DNA of 64,000 nucleotides from Acidobacteriota bacterium (GTDB lineage Bacteria > Acidobacteriota > UBA890 > WLXD01): NCBI GenBank assembly GCA_965205505.1, contig CBDBHB010000008.1, positions 1,216,001 through 1,280,000 on the forward strand, written 5' to 3'. Shown piece by piece: positions 61,500-64,000 of the stretch (positions are counted from its first letter, which is position 1; each line of letters opens with the position of its first letter). Made by a program: the position numbers and the translations under genes. The notes below the pieces were generated by a model, which was not told the origin of the DNA, did not search any database, and saw only the letters and a list, made by a program, of their open reading frames with translations.

Positions 61500-61527
61500 C
61501 TAGCAGCGTGCTGAAGCACCCTGCTAG
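61500..61527. repeat. 28-bp CTAG-bounded hairpin, possible collapsed family B-like element
   Basis: CTAGCAGCGTGCT-GA-AGCACCCTGCTAG; contains the cyclase TAG stop. Confidence 0.55.
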
Positions 61528-62306
61528 ACGAAAGCCACGACGCGGCAGAATGCCGCCTCGCCTCCCCGAAACTTCCAAGGGAAACAGCCCAACGTCAGCC
61601 GGCGGTCATGTAGCTCGGGGTTGGCAATGTCGGCACCGAGGTTCTCGATGTGCATGCAGTTCGACGGAAACAACTCATTGTGCGTGAGCTGGTAGTCGGA
61701 CTCGGGGAACAGCTCTGCGACTCCTTCTGGACCACCGAACTTGTCCTCGCAGGCTTTCCGCACACGGTCGCAATGATTGAACATCCCCTTACCCAGGAAG
61801 CGCCCTATGGGGAGGTTCATGGGGTGATCGGTTGAGATCGCGTCGACACCCCAAATGTGGATCTTCTTGTCCAACAGCCAGGGAACGAGGTCGGGATGGG
61901 CGCCTGGGTGACGATGGATGTACTTCTCCTCGTCAGGCTCGGAACCGAACTGCGCGTGCTTTTCCCAGCCGGTATGCAGCAGCAGCATGTCGCCCTCACG
62001 CACCTCCACGTGCGACTCGATCATCTCGGGCGTGTACACGGCAAACTCATCGAGCTCGTCGGCCAGGTTAACGATCACCCCAGGCCCGTACAGCCAGTCC
62101 ATCGGGATCTCGTCGATCGTCATACCGCCGGTCACGAAGTGCCGCGGGGCGTCCAGGTGGGTCCCCATGTGGTTCGAGGTCTGGATGTACTGCGCGTTCA
62201 CACCATGCTCGGCCTTACGCTTGATGTACTTGACCTCGAACGGAGGGTAGTAAGGCCAGAAGGAAACCTCCTGGTTGAGCGGCTGCGAAAGATCGTAGGG
62301 CTTCAT
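61524..62306 (-). CDS. Cyclase/kynurenine formamidase-family metal hydrolase
   Basis: HMGTHLDAPRH, LLLHTGW, GVDAISTD, HIENL. Confidence 0.9.
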   Translation of the reverse strand: MKPYDLSQPLNQEVSFWPYYPPFEVKYIKRKAEHGVNAQYIQTSNHMGTHLDAPRHFVTGGMTIDEIPMDWLYGPGVIVNLADELDEFAVYTPEMIESHVEVREGDMLLLHTGWEKHAQFGSEPDEEKYIHRHPGAHPDLVPWLLDKKIHIWGVDAISTDHPMNLPIGRFLGKGMFNHCDRVRKACEDKFGGPEGVAELFPESDYQLTHNELFPSNCMHIENLGADIANPELHDRRLTLGCFPWKFRGGEAAFCRVVAFV

Positions 62307-62363
62307 CGTTACTCCGGTTCCTACTCCGCTTCCGTTATTTCCCGGCGAGGATCGTACCAGGAG

Positions 62364-63875
62364 CTACTGACGTTCGTTCCCATGTGGCTCGACTGCCTGA
62401 GAGCTCAGCAGCGACCGCATCAGCGCCCAGTAGACGACAGCGCTGACTGTGGCGGCGGAAAACCAGGCGGCATCGAAGAGAAACGAAGCTGCCGGGAGGA
62501 GCTTGCCCAGCAGCGCCGTGCCGATCCCGGCCGCCAGCGCCACCATGGCGCGGCCGTTGATCCCGTTGCCATACGTGTACTCGCCGCGTTCGGCGTAAAG
62601 ATCCTCCACTCGCAGCCGCAGCCCGCGCAGCAGGTAGTCGCACGCAATCACGCCGCCCACCGCTCCCAGCAGCCCGGAGTAGCTGATGAGCCACCCTTGA
62701 TATCGGTCGAGCAGCTGCCACGGCATGCTGACAACTGCGAGCAGCCCGGCAATCAAGCCGCCGGTGCGAAAGCTGATCCGCCGTGGCGCCAGTGCCGAGA
62801 AACTATTGGCGGGGGCCACGACGTTGGCGGCGATGTTGGTGCTCAATGTGGCGAGCATCAGCGCTCCCATCGCCAGCAAGCCCGATAGCGGGCTCTGATA
62901 CTCGTTCGTCAGCCGTGCCAGCAAGTCGACGGGGTTCCAGATTGCCTCGCCGTACAGAATCACCGTGGCGCTGGTCACCGCCACGCCAATGAAGGCAAAC
63001 AGCGGCATCGTGGTCAACAGGCCGATTGCCTGGCCCGAGATCTGATCGCGCTGGCTGCGCGCGTAGCGCGTGAAGTCGGGAATGTTGAGCGACAAGGTGG
63101 CCCAGTAGCCCACCATCGCGGTGAGCCACGGCATGAAGAAACCGAAGAACCAGCGCAACGGTGGCAGCGGCTCGGCATCGGATACCAGCGAGTCTGTACG
63201 CGCCAGGATGGCTCCGATGCCGCCGACCCGCGCTGCCGCCCAGTAAAGGAGGGCCACGCCGACAACGATCAGGAACGGTGCGGTCACCGTTTCGAGCCAG
63301 CGAATCGACTCTGTTCCGGCGTAGACGAAGTACATGTTGAGCGCCCAGAAGAGCAGGAACGAGACATATTCGGGCGCGCCGTATCCCATGAACGCGAAGC
63401 CGGCGCCAAGCTTCGCCCAGCCGTCCCAGAGAATCGACAGGATGGCATTGATGGCGGTGCCGCCGATCCACGTCTGGATGCCAAACCAACCGCAGGCGAC
63501 CACAGCGCGAAGCAAGGAGGGCACGTGCGCGCCCCGAATCCCGAACGCGGCGCGCGCGAAAGCCGGGAACGGGATTCCGTAACGGGTGCCGGCGTGACCG
63601 TTGAGCGCCAGCGGCACCAGCACGATGGCGTTTCCAAGCAGGATGGTGAGCAGTGCCAGGCGCCAACCCATACCGGCTTGCACCATGCTGGATGCCAGCA
63701 TGTAGGTAGGGATACAAACGCTCATCCCGACCCACAGCGCCGCCAGGTTCCAGCGGCTCCAGGTACGAGCGGATAGGGGCGTTGGGGCGATATCGGCGTT
63801 GAGCAGCTCGGAGGTCGGAAGCGGCGCCGCCAGCTCCACCGGCGGGTCGTCGAGTAGTGCGCGTAGCCAATTCAC
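62364..63875 (-). CDS. NCS1 nucleobase:cation symporter (allantoin/hydantoin/uracil type)
   Basis: YGIPFP..AR..FG, ACGWFGIQ, WATLSLNIPDFTR, NIAAN. Confidence 0.92.
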   Translation of the reverse strand: MNWLRALLDDPPVELAAPLPTSELLNADIAPTPLSARTWSRWNLAALWVGMSVCIPTYMLASSMVQAGMGWRLALLTILLGNAIVLVPLALNGHAGTRYGIPFPAFARAAFGIRGAHVPSLLRAVVACGWFGIQTWIGGTAINAILSILWDGWAKLGAGFAFMGYGAPEYVSFLLFWALNMYFVYAGTESIRWLETVTAPFLIVVGVALLYWAAARVGGIGAILARTDSLVSDAEPLPPLRWFFGFFMPWLTAMVGYWATLSLNIPDFTRYARSQRDQISGQAIGLLTTMPLFAFIGVAVTSATVILYGEAIWNPVDLLARLTNEYQSPLSGLLAMGALMLATLSTNIAANVVAPANSFSALAPRRISFRTGGLIAGLLAVVSMPWQLLDRYQGWLISYSGLLGAVGGVIACDYLLRGLRLRVEDLYAERGEYTYGNGINGRAMVALAAGIGTALLGKLLPAASFLFDAAWFSAATVSAVVYWALMRSLLSSQAVEPHGNERQ

Positions 63876-64000
63876 CCCGCCGCGCCGCCGGCCAACGCCC
63901 GAGCGCCGGCGCTGTGAACGACACGCCGTACCAGCACGCGTACCAGATGGCGCCGGAACTCGGCGCTGGCATGCAGATCCGCGGGCGGGTCGATGTCGGC
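63872..64000 (-). CDS. C-terminus of xanthine dehydrogenase/CoxM-type FAD-binding subunit (partial)
   Basis: ADIDPPADLHASAEFRRHLVRVLVRR; GTGA overlap with the NCS1 start. Confidence 0.8.
   Translation of the reverse strand, partial: ADIDPPADLHASAEFRRHLVRVLVRRVVHSAGARALAGGAAG

Overview
High-GC bacterial chromosomal segment with no rRNA, tRNA or CRISPR array seen. Gene content (S9/M24/GGT peptidases, VPS10-like propeller, DUF1592-DUF1552-ankyrin operon) resembles Acidobacteriota/Gemmatimonadota-type heterotrophs; this is inference only. The window holds about 50 CDS, including acnA, hisN, bolA-grxD, rtcB, SRAP, VapBC and HipBA toxin-antitoxin pairs, an osmoprotectant ABC system, c-di-GMP enzymes and a nucleobase/N-heterocycle catabolic cluster at the right end. 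Several genes are broken by internal deletions. The best candidate for an undescribed system is 35.7-40.6 kb. It encodes a secreted 8-Cys peptide behind a sigma54-type promoter, a membrane-anchored CPFC thioredoxin, two stand-alone zinc anti-sigma mini-proteins, an ECF sigma/anti-sigma pair, a sensor-less sigma54 activator and a sensor-less AraC. Also notable are three 278-279 bp CTAG-bounded MITE-like elements with unrelated terminal repeats but the same internal two-hairpin core, mostly sitting on gene stop codons, and a DHDPS/NanA-fold protein lacking the Schiff-base lysine. All calls come from motif recognition by eye; no database searches were run.
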